64,000 nucleotides of DNA from Ostreococcus lucimarinus (Eukaryota), in assembly GCA_000092065.1 (NCBI GenBank), contig CP000589.1, one strand, 5' to 3'. The position numbers and the translations under genes were made by a program. Positions 29,032-38,317 of this stretch are shown piece after piece; the stretch's first letter is position 1; each line of letters begins with the position of its first letter. A model generated the notes under the pieces. The model was not told the origin of the DNA. It worked only from the letters and a program-made list of their open reading frames with translations, and made no database searches.

Positions 29032-29336
29032 TCTTTTTTAGCCTGTTTATAGTCTGTCATTCACGCTTCGTTCGCCCTCGCGTCGCGCCCTCGCGCCGCG
29101 CCGCGCCGCGCCCGGCGCGCCGGCGAGTTGGATAAGTGCGCGCCGAGAGCCTTATCCGTACTTCGCGACGTCCGACGCCGCCCCGAAGGACTTCTGCGCG
29201 CCCGACGCGACGCGCGGGCGTCCAAGACGTGCGTTAGGGGCGTCTGGCGCGCCGCCGATCGCGCGCGCGTCGCGCGTCGCGCGCGAAGGCGTCGTAAAGC
29301 CGCGTGCGCGCGGCCGCCGCGACGTCGACGCGCGCG

Positions 29337-32126
29337 ATGTCGTGCCCGTTCGGCCACGATCGAGCGCCCGCGGCCGTCGCGACGGTGGACGACGATGACA
29401 TCACGAAAGTAATCGTCACCGACGGCGAGCGAGGGACGAAGCGACGGGCGGTGGAGGAGGCGACGAGGGAGGAAGACAAACCAGAGACGCCGAGGGCTGA
29501 CCCCGCGGCGCTCGAGGCGGCGCTCGAGGAGGAACGAGCGCGCAGAAAGCGCGCGGAGAACGAGTTGATGAGCTTGAAGGCGATGTATAGACAGTGCAAG
29601 GCGATGTCGACGGTGCAGAAGGATATCGCGGTGAAGGAATTAGCGATGGACTCGTGCGCGGAGGGTATCACCATCGCGGACTTTACGCAGCCGGACCAGC
29701 CGTTGATTTACGCAAACGTGGGATTCGAGGTAATGACGGGATACAGCGTGCAGGAGACCGTAGGGCACAATTGTCGATTCTTACAAGGGCCGGGGACGGA
29801 TCAAAACGAACTCAACAAGCTTCGGAATGCGATTAAGAAGGGCGAGGCGGTGACGGTGGTGTTGAAGAACTACAAAAAGTCTGGCGAAGAGTTTATGAAT
29901 CAGTTGTCGCTCACGCCAATTCGTGACGCAGACGGACAAGTGATGTACTACGTGGGAATCCAATCCGATGTCACCGAGCTGTTTAAGCGACGCGATGACG
30001 AGCTGAACGCGCTAAAAATGATGGCACGCGCCGAGGCGGCGACAGAAGCCAAGTCGAGATTTTTAGCGCACATGTCGCACGAGATTCGCACGCCTTTGAA
30101 TGGGCTCATCGCCGTGGGGCAATTATTAGAAGACACAAATTTGGATCGGTTGCAAAGGGAGTACGTATCTACGGTACGTACGAGTGGGGAAACGTTGCAA
30201 GCGCTCATCAGCGATATTCTTGACTTCAGCCGGGTCGAGGCAGATAAGCTCGTGCTCCAGTGCGAACCGTTCCACCCAGAGGTAGTCATCGGCAACGTTA
30301 TGGAGATAACAGCCATGCAGTCAGCGAAGAAGAAGATAAACATCGGTTACCACGTGGATATCGGGGTGCCCAAAATCGTCATGGGTGACGCGATGCGCTT
30401 GCAACAAGTGTTGCTGAATTCCATCAGTAACGCCATCAAGTTCACCGACGCAGGCAACATCATGATTCGACTTTACCTCGGCAGAGAGGACACGACGGAA
30501 GTCGCGAGGCAAGCGTTCTTGGAAGATGGCGAAGAAACGCACCACGCCAAGATGGTTCGCTCCTATTCCGCCGGTTCGCTCGCGTCGACACAAAAGGACT
30601 GGCTCGCGCCTCTCAAGTGCTTCCTGCACATGTGCCCGCATTTCTCGGGCAAGTTGAGCGAAGGTGGGAACAAGCCGACGGATGATATGACATCGGATAA
30701 TGAATCCTGGTTTTTGCACTTTTACGTCAAGGACACGGGCATGGGGTTAGATCAAAGCACAATTCATAAGATCTTTCAATCGTTTCAGCAGGTTGAAACG
30801 GGGGCGACGCGCAAATACGACGGCACTGGTCTCGGCTTGGCGATTTCGCGCAAATTGTGTGAAGCGATGGGCGGAACGATGTGGGCCGAAAGTCAAGGGC
30901 TCGGCAAGGGGTCGACTTTCCATTTTTGTATTAAGTGTAAGGCGGTTTCGGAGGATTGGATGAAAGAGAACCAAAAATCGCGCAAGCAACTCGCGAGCGG
31001 GGCGGAGTCGCTCCGGCAGCTCGAGCGCGATTTGAGCGTAGATTATGCGGCGCATTTCAAAAGACCAGGCGAAAAGCTGAGCGTGGTTCTTTACGACGAA
31101 TCTGACATGCTGCGGAGCACGTTGTCCGTGGTGTTGAAGCGATGGGGATTTGCCGTGACGGTTTACGGCAACGCGAAAGATCTCGTCGGTTACATGAGCA
31201 AAGCGATGGATGGTGAAGTTACCGATGTCGCCATTATCGCTGAGTTGAGCAACAACGCCGTAGATTTCATTTATGACTGGGCAAAAGGCAGAGGTTTGCT
31301 GAACGGAGTGAGCGCGGGGCAAGGAAACACGTTCAGTATCCAGTCAAGTGGAGATGACAAACGCCGTTCCAGCGACACGAGCAAGCTTCCACCTTTTGTC
31401 CTTTCGACTTGGCCAGTGGTGCAATCAACCGGCTTTGACACGTCGGACCCTCGGTGTGCGTGGGCAAAGGATAGCGTAGAGGGAACGGAGTCGAGCATTG
31501 ATTCCGTCAAGGGAACCGCCGTTCGAGATTTCTTCTCCTCCATACGATCGCATCTAATTTCGAGACCGGTGCGACACAACAGACTTCGTCGTACTCTCGA
31601 GACGGTTCTTGACGAAAAGGCTCATCACGCCGACGCCGCGGACACTGCGCGTACGGATAGTCCGACGCGAGCGTCTGGGTGCACTCGACGGAAGGTCGAT
31701 TTCGAAGATGGTGTCTCTGGCCAACATGTCTCTGGCCAACATTTGCGAATCTTACTTGCAGAGGATCATCCCGTGAACATGAAGGTCGCAAAAGCTGTGT
31801 TGAGCCGCCTCGGGCACTCCGACGTCACTGGGGCGAAGGATGGGGCGGACGCGTTGGCCAAGGTGCAGGCTGACCCCGCGGGACTCGACGCGTTCGACAT
31901 CGTTCTCATGGACTTACACATGCCAATCATGGGCGGTATCGAGTGTACGCAGCAGTTGCGAAAGCTTTACCCAGACTGCAAGGTGCCAATCATCGCCGTC
32001 ACGGCGGACGCTATCGAAGAGAGCAGACAAGAGTGCTTCGATGCGGGCTTCGATTCGTACCTCACGAAGCCTTTCAGAATCGAACAAATCCAAAAGGCAA
32101 TTCGTACGTTTTGTAAACTTCAGTAA
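29337..32126 (+). CDS. LOV-HK: LOV-domain hybrid histidine kinase (LOV-HK blue-light photoreceptor): LOV/PAS, HisKA, HATPase_c, receiver
   Basis: LOV flavin-binding signature GHNCRFLQGPGTD (photoactive Cys). H-box HMSHEIRTPLNG. ATP-lid G-boxes (GLGLAISRKLCEAMGG). C-terminal REC domain (ILLAEDHPVNMKV...VLMDLHMPIMGG...TKPF). Track start 29304 is GTG; ATG 29337. Confidence 0.85.
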   Translation: MSCPFGHDRAPAAVATVDDDDITKVIVTDGERGTKRRAVEEATREEDKPETPRADPAALEAALEEERARRKRAENELMSLKAMYRQCKAMSTVQKDIAVKELAMDSCAEGITIADFTQPDQPLIYANVGFEVMTGYSVQETVGHNCRFLQGPGTDQNELNKLRNAIKKGEAVTVVLKNYKKSGEEFMNQLSLTPIRDADGQVMYYVGIQSDVTELFKRRDDELNALKMMARAEAATEAKSRFLAHMSHEIRTPLNGLIAVGQLLEDTNLDRLQREYVSTVRTSGETLQALISDILDFSRVEADKLVLQCEPFHPEVVIGNVMEITAMQSAKKKINIGYHVDIGVPKIVMGDAMRLQQVLLNSISNAIKFTDAGNIMIRLYLGREDTTEVARQAFLEDGEETHHAKMVRSYSAGSLASTQKDWLAPLKCFLHMCPHFSGKLSEGGNKPTDDMTSDNESWFLHFYVKDTGMGLDQSTIHKIFQSFQQVETGATRKYDGTGLGLAISRKLCEAMGGTMWAESQGLGKGSTFHFCIKCKAVSEDWMKENQKSRKQLASGAESLRQLERDLSVDYAAHFKRPGEKLSVVLYDESDMLRSTLSVVLKRWGFAVTVYGNAKDLVGYMSKAMDGEVTDVAIIAELSNNAVDFIYDWAKGRGLLNGVSAGQGNTFSIQSSGDDKRRSSDTSKLPPFVLSTWPVVQSTGFDTSDPRCAWAKDSVEGTESSIDSVKGTAVRDFFSSIRSHLISRPVRHNRLRRTLETVLDEKAHHADAADTARTDSPTRASGCTRRKVDFEDGVSGQHVSGQHLRILLAEDHPVNMKVAKAVLSRLGHSDVTGAKDGADALAKVQADPAGLDAFDIVLMDLHMPIMGGIECTQQLRKLYPDCKVPIIAVTADAIEESRQECFDAGFDSYLTKPFRIEQIQKAIRTFCKLQ
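31712..31741. repeat. perfect 15-bp in-frame tandem duplication inside LOV-HK (linker before the receiver domain)
   Basis: gtctctggccaacat x2 (31712..31726, 31727..31741) encoding HVSGQ-HVSGQ. Confidence 0.8.
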
Positions 32127-32208
32127 ACAGGCGAGATACATGGAAATGACTAGCATTAATCTCAATTCTGGTTGCAATCTACACTACAGTACACTCGGTT
32201 TGGGGAAT

Positions 32209-33765
32209 TTATTCACTGTCCGAAGACGACTCGGCGAGGAGCGCTTCCTCGTCGGCGCGGCGTCTTGGTTGCGTCGTTCCCGAGGGCCTGAACAGCCGAC
32301 CGCACGTGCGCTTCAACCAAGCAATGAACGTCAATGTCATCGGAACACGAACAGCGGACGCGGTGTCTCCGTTTACGGTCGTGTCGTTTTGCACCGGCGC
32401 CATCACCGCCGCGAGCGCGTGCGCGCCCTCGTGAGGCATCTCCTCCAAGACAATCTTTAACGCGCAGGTCAAGGGCACACCCAGCACCGCCCCAGCGGCT
32501 CCCCAAACCGAGTACCAGAACACAAGCGCGAGCAAGACCGTGACTTCATTCAAATCTAGTCCTTTGCGATATACCACCGGCCCTATCAAATCTCCGACTA
32601 AAAACGAAACCAAGTTTGGAATGATCGATCCTGCGACGCGCTGGCGTTCCGTCAAATCCGGCAGCAGCACGATCATTGGCAAAGGCAGGATCGACGCCAC
32701 GATGGATCCTAAAGTCGGAATGAAGAAGAGCCAGAACGAAACGATCGCCACGGCGATCGCCAGCGGCCACGGCACACCGCACAGTCCCAGCAACGATCCC
32801 ACGGAAAGCGCCCGCACGACGGCAATTTGCACCATGATGGAAACGAACCGCCGCGTCGCCTTGTGAATTCGTCTCGCCACGAGCGAACGCGCCCTCGATA
32901 ACTCTCGGCGCGGTGCGAGCAAGAACAAAGTGTAGAACAGCATGAGCATGATATCTTGCATGTAGTGAAACACTCCTACGCCGAGCGTCTCCCAAAACTC
33001 TTCATCCTTCAGCGTGGCTTCGATGTTCGCCAACAAACGCGCCCATGCCTCCTCCGCAACGTCATCTTTCTTGAACACGCGCTTCGCCATCTCGCTCATG
33101 CTTCGTCCTAAGTCATTAATTCGACTCGTGAACCTCGAATTCCAGTCGGGGTCGTTCCAGTGCACCAAGAAGTACACGCGCCCGAGATATAACGCCCACA
33201 CCAACGTCCCGAACACCGCGCACACAACCACTAGCGCCAGCACGATCGCCACGATCCTCGGTACCGTGAACACTCGCGGACAGCACAATCGCAATCGATT
33301 CCTTCGCAATGTTTCGCGCTGATACGCCGCGTCGCTCACGAAATCAACTAGCGGTCGCAGCAGCAGCGCCGCTCCGGTCGCCGTCACCAACGGTCTCAGC
33401 AAATACGCCAGCACCTGGAGCAACCAACAGGCGCACGCGCTCGCGATGACGGCCACACCCATGGTGATCACCGTGACGTCTCGCGCGCTCGCCGTGTGGT
33501 GTCCAGGGGCGAATATCGGGCTCGGGCTTAAATTCTCGTTGAAATTGAATGGCCGAGACGGCGACGGCGTGTCGTCGCTCTCGCGCGGCGCCGACGTCGA
33601 TGTCGGGAAGGCAAACTCGTCGTCATCGTGCGCCGCGCTGGCGCGCGCGCCAGGGGCGGTACCGCCGCGCCGGGGCATCGCGCGCGGTCGTTTGAGGACA
33701 AAGGCTAATCTTTGCGCGAGTCTTTTTGAGCTGGACGAGCTGGATGCGACGCGGCTATTGACCAT
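32209..33765 (-). CDS. AI-2E family (UPF0118/PerM-like) integral membrane transporter
   Basis: About 8 TM helices and C-terminal family motif LLALVFWYSVWGAAGAVLGVPLTCALKIV. Ser/Pro-rich N-terminus. ATG at 33765..33763. Confidence 0.55.
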   Translation of the reverse strand: MVNSRVASSSSSSKRLAQRLAFVLKRPRAMPRRGGTAPGARASAAHDDDEFAFPTSTSAPRESDDTPSPSRPFNFNENLSPSPIFAPGHHTASARDVTVITMGVAVIASACACWLLQVLAYLLRPLVTATGAALLLRPLVDFVSDAAYQRETLRRNRLRLCCPRVFTVPRIVAIVLALVVVCAVFGTLVWALYLGRVYFLVHWNDPDWNSRFTSRINDLGRSMSEMAKRVFKKDDVAEEAWARLLANIEATLKDEEFWETLGVGVFHYMQDIMLMLFYTLFLLAPRRELSRARSLVARRIHKATRRFVSIMVQIAVVRALSVGSLLGLCGVPWPLAIAVAIVSFWLFFIPTLGSIVASILPLPMIVLLPDLTERQRVAGSIIPNLVSFLVGDLIGPVVYRKGLDLNEVTVLLALVFWYSVWGAAGAVLGVPLTCALKIVLEEMPHEGAHALAAVMAPVQNDTTVNGDTASAVRVPMTLTFIAWLKRTCGRLFRPSGTTQPRRRADEEALLAESSSDSE

Positions 33766-33800
33766 CGGCTAAGCATGCTAATAAATACGACTACACTTCG

Positions 33801-34805
33801 CTACGGCACGCATCCGACGCGCTCGAGGTACAACACGTGCGAATATAAAACAACGGGCTCGAACGCGACTTGAGAAGCCGCGCCGACGCGAGGGACGGGG
33901 GCGCCGTTTGGATTGGCGGCGTCCGACGCCGTGTACTTCAACGCGTCGTTAGGCTGTAAATATCCCGCCGTACTGAGCGTCGCCTTGACGCGATTCACCA
34001 CTTTAACTCCTGTGACACCGATGCGCGGCTCACCGGCGCTCGCGCCGTCGACGCCGTCGACGTCCGGCAGAGGCGTGAACGTCCACACGTGCGTGTAATC
34101 CGTCGGCACCATTCTCGCGACTCCGTACGAAGTCGAGTATCCCAGCGTCACCTGCCTCAACGATTCGAGCGCGAAGAACGTCCCATCCGACTCCCTCGTC
34201 TCGCTGTCTCGCGCGTTCGTGAACAACTCGATCCTTTCGGCGTTATTACTCGCGCCGCGCTTCAATCGAATCGTCGTTCGATTCGCGTCTCTCCGCGCGT
34301 CGTACTCCACCGCCTCCACCGCGCCCTCGCCGACGTACGCGTCCACGATTTCCCTTAAATTAAATCCACGATCTTCGATCACGTCACCGCCGTCCCGCGC
34401 GAATCGCATTCTGTACTCCGTCTTTCCCTCGCGTCCCACGTCTGGCGCGTACGCCAGCGACAGCTTTTGAAACCCCGGCGTCGTCGCCTCTCGCGCCACC
34501 GCCTCGCGCGCGACGACCGCGCTCGGAAACTCGTATCCCGCGAAGTCGATCGTCGCGCGCCACTCGCCCTCGAGCCAATCCGGGTACGCTTGCGCGCGCG
34601 GTCGTCCACCGTTGAAGACTGGCTTGTTCAGCCGCTTGACCCGCAGGTCGTCGATGAGCGACGATTTCGCCTCGGCGCGACGCGCGCGCGCGAGAAGCGG
34701 CGCGCAGACGGTGGCGACGACCACCGCGCGTCGATCGACGCGCGCGCTGGGGCGCGCGGGCGCGACGTCGCGCGCGGACGGCGGTGCGAACGGCACCGTC
34801 GGCAT
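33801..34805 (-). CDS. conserved hypothetical protein (334 aa), no recognised domain
   Basis: First ATG 34805 within track ORF 33801..35255. Coding-like composition, mixed beta-rich sequence (TEYRMRFARDGGDVIEDRGFNLREIVDAYVGEG...). Upstream part of the ORF is artefact. Confidence 0.4.
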   Translation of the reverse strand: MPTVPFAPPSARDVAPARPSARVDRRAVVVATVCAPLLARARRAEAKSSLIDDLRVKRLNKPVFNGGRPRAQAYPDWLEGEWRATIDFAGYEFPSAVVAREAVAREATTPGFQKLSLAYAPDVGREGKTEYRMRFARDGGDVIEDRGFNLREIVDAYVGEGAVEAVEYDARRDANRTTIRLKRGASNNAERIELFTNARDSETRESDGTFFALESLRQVTLGYSTSYGVARMVPTDYTHVWTFTPLPDVDGVDGASAGEPRIGVTGVKVVNRVKATLSTAGYLQPNDALKYTASDAANPNGAPVPRVGAASQVAFEPVVLYSHVLYLERVGCVP

Positions 34806-34867
34806 CGCGACCGCGCGTCGATGTGACGCGGCGCGCGCGTCACGCGGCGACGCGCGGCGCGTTCCAG

Positions 34868-35788
34868 ATGACGGACGCGTGGACGACGAAACTGCGCGCG
34901 ACGCGACAGCTCGTGAACGAGCTGCGCGCGGACGTGGGCGCGGTGCGCGCGACGAATGCGTCGAGCGAGCGCGACGGCGATCCGACGACGAAATCTTCCG
35001 AGACGGCGCGCGCGCGCGCGCTGGCGCTCGCGCGACGGAAGCTGAACCGACTGGATGACTTGCTGGACGTGCTGGACGATTGCGCGCGCGAGGGCGCGCG
35101 CGATGACGCGGAGATCGAGGCGCGAGAGCGGACGGTGGAGGAATTTCAGCGCGAGGCGCGGCGACTGCGCGGCGACGTCGCGAAGGCGACGGAGACGCGA
35201 ACGACGACGAGCGCGACGACGACGACGGCGACGACGACGAGGGAGTTGGGGGCAAACGTGAGCGCGCTGGGGGCGGCGATCGGTAAGGGAGTGAGCGATG
35301 CGGCGACGAGCGTGAGTAACGCGGCGGGGGGGTTGGTGGCGAGCGCGAGTCGCGCGGCGGAATCCGTGCCGGCGCTGGAACGCGCGGCGACGATGGTGAT
35401 TCCCTCGAGGAAGGACGAGGAGAGTCGAGCGACGCGAGCGATGGACACGCGCGAGCTCATCGAACATCAAACGGCGCAGATTCGAGGGCAAGATGACGCG
35501 TTAGAGGGGTTGGACAAATTGGTCGAAAACTTGAAGACGACGAGCGAGGCGATTCACGGCGAAGTCGTGCTGCAGGCGAAATTGGTGGAGGATTTAGAAG
35601 CGGATTTCTCGCACACGAGCGATAGAATGAAAAAGTTACGCAAGCAGGGATTCAAACTTGCCGGTGAGAAGAACGAGGAAGAGCGAGAGAGGCTCGATCG
35701 GAACGAAGTCATCGAGGAGATGCGAGCGAAGCTTGGTCGCGAGCAGCGCGCGGCGGAGAGCGCCGACGGCGGTTGCGTGGTACAATGA
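34868..35788 (+). CDS. Q-SNARE (syntaxin-6/8-like, Qc-type) lacking a transmembrane anchor and ending in a CaaX box (CVVQ)
   Basis: C-terminal SNARE heptad motif with zero-layer Gln (IHGEVVLQAKLVEDLEADFSHTSDRMKKLRKQ). N-terminal helical domain MTDAWTTKLRATRQLVNELRADV. No hydrophobic tail; last four residues are C-V-V-Q. Track start 34784 is GTG; ATG 34868. Confidence 0.6.
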   Translation: MTDAWTTKLRATRQLVNELRADVGAVRATNASSERDGDPTTKSSETARARALALARRKLNRLDDLLDVLDDCAREGARDDAEIEARERTVEEFQREARRLRGDVAKATETRTTTSATTTTATTTRELGANVSALGAAIGKGVSDAATSVSNAAGGLVASASRAAESVPALERAATMVIPSRKDEESRATRAMDTRELIEHQTAQIRGQDDALEGLDKLVENLKTTSEAIHGEVVLQAKLVEDLEADFSHTSDRMKKLRKQGFKLAGEKNEEERERLDRNEVIEEMRAKLGREQRAAESADGGCVVQ

Positions 35789-35794
35789 CTCGTT

Positions 35795-35799
35795 GTAAT
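35795..35799 (+). promoter_or_regulatory. TGTAA putative polyadenylation signal 7 nt after the SNARE stop; a minus-strand TGTAA (ttaca at about 35808..35812) serves the convergent CPSF73 gene
   Basis: UGUAA is the poly(A) signal in chlorophyte algae (established for Chlamydomonas; assumed here). It sits in a 58-bp AT-rich convergent spacer. Confidence 0.25.
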
Positions 35800-35846
35800 T
35801 CATCTAATTTACACAAAACTGGCTACTGATTCTTCTCAAATCTACG

Positions 35847-38186
35847 TCACGCAAACTTGGTGCTCGAAGCCGACAGCGAGTGTACCGCGTGCGCGTACGC
35901 CGCGTCGCCGATGGCTTCATCGATTCGCGAAACCGTCGTCTCCACGCGTTGTTTCAACGCGTCGTTATCACACAAAACCGTACGCGTGCGGTACTCAAGC
36001 ACGGCATCGATACCGTCGATGTTCAGACTCAACGTTGCTTTTTTCTCATTCACCTTGAGCTCGCCGAACTGAGCGGAGAGCATGGCTGCGACGACGCGCA
36101 GGCGCCACTTCTCCGCGGAAGTCTCGTCCTTCTTCTTGATGGCGTCGCGTAATCCAGCCTCGGCTTCCTTTAATGCTTCTGGTTCACTTTCGAGCTGTAA
36201 GATTGCGCTCAGCGTCGCGTCGACGATCATGTCCGTCAAAGGATCGCTATTCCATTCGATGACGACATGTTCGACGCCGGTGATTTCGTCCGCGAAGCGC
36301 TTGCGTATCGTCACCATGCCGTCGTTGATGGACAAACCATCCGCCTTGTCGACGTCAAACTTGTCTTCGCCCTCGCGCGCTTCAACTTCAGACGGTTCTG
36401 TCTTCGCTTTCTTCGCGCGACTCGTCGTTGCCTTCTTCTTCGGCGCCGCTTTCTTCTTCGCGGCCGGCTTATTTGCCTCCTCCTCTGCGTCTTCCTCCTC
36501 TTCTTCGTCCTCCTCTGGCGCGAGCGTGGAGACGACGTGCAAGCCTTCGAAAAGAGCTTCGAGTGCGAACCGCAGCGTGCTGATCGGGATCTTACTCGGC
36601 ACAAGCTGACGCTGCGTCACTAAAGACGTTCGTAGCTTGGTGTAGTTGTTCACGTCTTCCGGGGCGATGAGCATGGTGCCGAAATCTTTTTGAACCAGCA
36701 CTCCGGCGACGTGGTCGCCCTCTTCGATTTCTTGCTCGGCTAACAAACCGGTGATTTTGGCGATGCGCTCGCCTTTGTGAATGATCTCGACCGGTTGGCA
36801 GTTCTTGGGCGTGTAGACGCTCATCTTTTTATCATCCGCCGCCGCCTTGTTGTCCAACGCGCGCTTCAATCGACCCATCTCCCCCGCTTCGCCGTGGACC
36901 AGAATGACGTGCGGCGGCGCCAAGGCGTCCAAAAACGCCTGAGTCTGCGGGTAATCCGCGTGCGCGCTAAACGAAATGGCATCGACAGACATGTTGAGCT
37001 GCAACTCTCGTCCGTCTCGTGCGATGATTTTGTTAACATCACTCAAAATTTCGCGCGCCAAAGTGCCTTGTACGGCGAAATCGGCGATGATTACACCATT
37101 CTTCGGATCTTCGCACCACGACTCGAAGAGTTCGCGAGACAAACCGCTTTGCAACATCGACGGCGTCGCGAGAACGACGCACGGACCGACGTCGTCCAAC
37201 TCACTCGATTTGCTGACGTGCTTAACATGATTGAACACGAACGGATTCGCCTCCTCGAACGCCGCCTTCATGTCCGAGTTCAACACGTTGATGTACGTTT
37301 GGTAAATCGTCATCGCTTTGCGCGCAAGCGCCGACGCTTGATAAATTGGCACACGCTGCAAATCCGGATTTTGCGCCCAAAAGTCCTCTAAAATCAGCAA
37401 CAACTCTTGCGCGCGACCGAGCGCGACGACGGGAAGCAAAACTCGCCCTCCCCGACGCAAAATCGTCTGCACTTTCTCCGTAAACCGAATCTCCCGCTCC
37501 TCCCGCGGCGAGTGCGGCGACACCCCGTACGTCGACTCCACGATCACCACGTGCGGCGGAATCGCCGGGACGTCCGCCGCGGGCAGGTGTCTATCCGCGA
37601 TTCTGGAGTAATCTCCCGTATACAGCACGCGCAACCCCCCAATATCGACGTTAAACATGCACGCCCCCAGCACGTGCCCCGCTCGATACGGCGTCACCTT
37701 GACCCCGTCCACGTCCACCTCTTGATGAAAATCAATCACCTCAATCTTCTTCATCGACGCCTCCAGGTCCTTCTCTCCGAACAACTGTTCGCTCGGCTCT
37801 TGATTCTTCAGCAATCGACAGAAATCTTGCATGAGCATGTGATATATCGCCTTCGTCGGGTGCGTCATGAAGATTCGTCCATTGAAATCCGTCCTTCCGC
37901 ACAAAAACGGCACCGCGGCGCAGTGATCGAGATGAAAGTGCGTCACGAACAGCGCGTCGACGTCGGCGAGATCGATCTCATCAAAGTACGGCAGCGACGC
38001 GAGGCCGGCGTAGCCGGGATGGATGCCGCAGTCGAACATGAGCGTCTTTTGTTTGTAGCGCGCGATCACGCAACTTCGACCGACTTCGCTCCCGGCGCCG
38101 AGCGGGATGATCTCCAGCAAGTCACCGGCGTGCGCGTCGTCGTCGGGCATCGTCGGCTGCGGCACCGCGGGCGCGAGCGAGGTCAT
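35847..38186 (-). CDS. CPSF3: cleavage and polyadenylation specificity factor 73-kDa endonuclease (CPSF73/CPSF3), metallo-beta-lactamase + beta-CASP, long acidic/basic C-terminal tail
   Basis: LEIIPLGAGSEVGRSCV. HFHLDHCAAVPFL (HxHxDH). YTGDYSR. ATPSMLQSG. SFSAHADYPQTQAFL. VHGEAGEM. First ATG 38186; upstream 130 aa of track ORF are artefact. Confidence 0.9.
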   Translation of the reverse strand: MTSLAPAVPQPTMPDDDAHAGDLLEIIPLGAGSEVGRSCVIARYKQKTLMFDCGIHPGYAGLASLPYFDEIDLADVDALFVTHFHLDHCAAVPFLCGRTDFNGRIFMTHPTKAIYHMLMQDFCRLLKNQEPSEQLFGEKDLEASMKKIEVIDFHQEVDVDGVKVTPYRAGHVLGACMFNVDIGGLRVLYTGDYSRIADRHLPAADVPAIPPHVVIVESTYGVSPHSPREEREIRFTEKVQTILRRGGRVLLPVVALGRAQELLLILEDFWAQNPDLQRVPIYQASALARKAMTIYQTYINVLNSDMKAAFEEANPFVFNHVKHVSKSSELDDVGPCVVLATPSMLQSGLSRELFESWCEDPKNGVIIADFAVQGTLAREILSDVNKIIARDGRELQLNMSVDAISFSAHADYPQTQAFLDALAPPHVILVHGEAGEMGRLKRALDNKAAADDKKMSVYTPKNCQPVEIIHKGERIAKITGLLAEQEIEEGDHVAGVLVQKDFGTMLIAPEDVNNYTKLRTSLVTQRQLVPSKIPISTLRFALEALFEGLHVVSTLAPEEDEEEEEDAEEEANKPAAKKKAAPKKKATTSRAKKAKTEPSEVEAREGEDKFDVDKADGLSINDGMVTIRKRFADEITGVEHVVIEWNSDPLTDMIVDATLSAILQLESEPEALKEAEAGLRDAIKKKDETSAEKWRLRVVAAMLSAQFGELKVNEKKATLSLNIDGIDAVLEYRTRTVLCDNDALKQRVETTVSRIDEAIGDAAYAHAVHSLSASSTKFA

Positions 38187-38317
38187 CGCGCGCGCGCGAC
38201 TGGCGATGCGCGCGCGAATGCGCGCACGAGTCGGTGGGTCGGTCGCCGCGGCGACGGCGGCGCGGGGCGAACGAACGACGCGAGACGGGGCGAAACGCGA
38301 CGATGGATTGAAATCGG

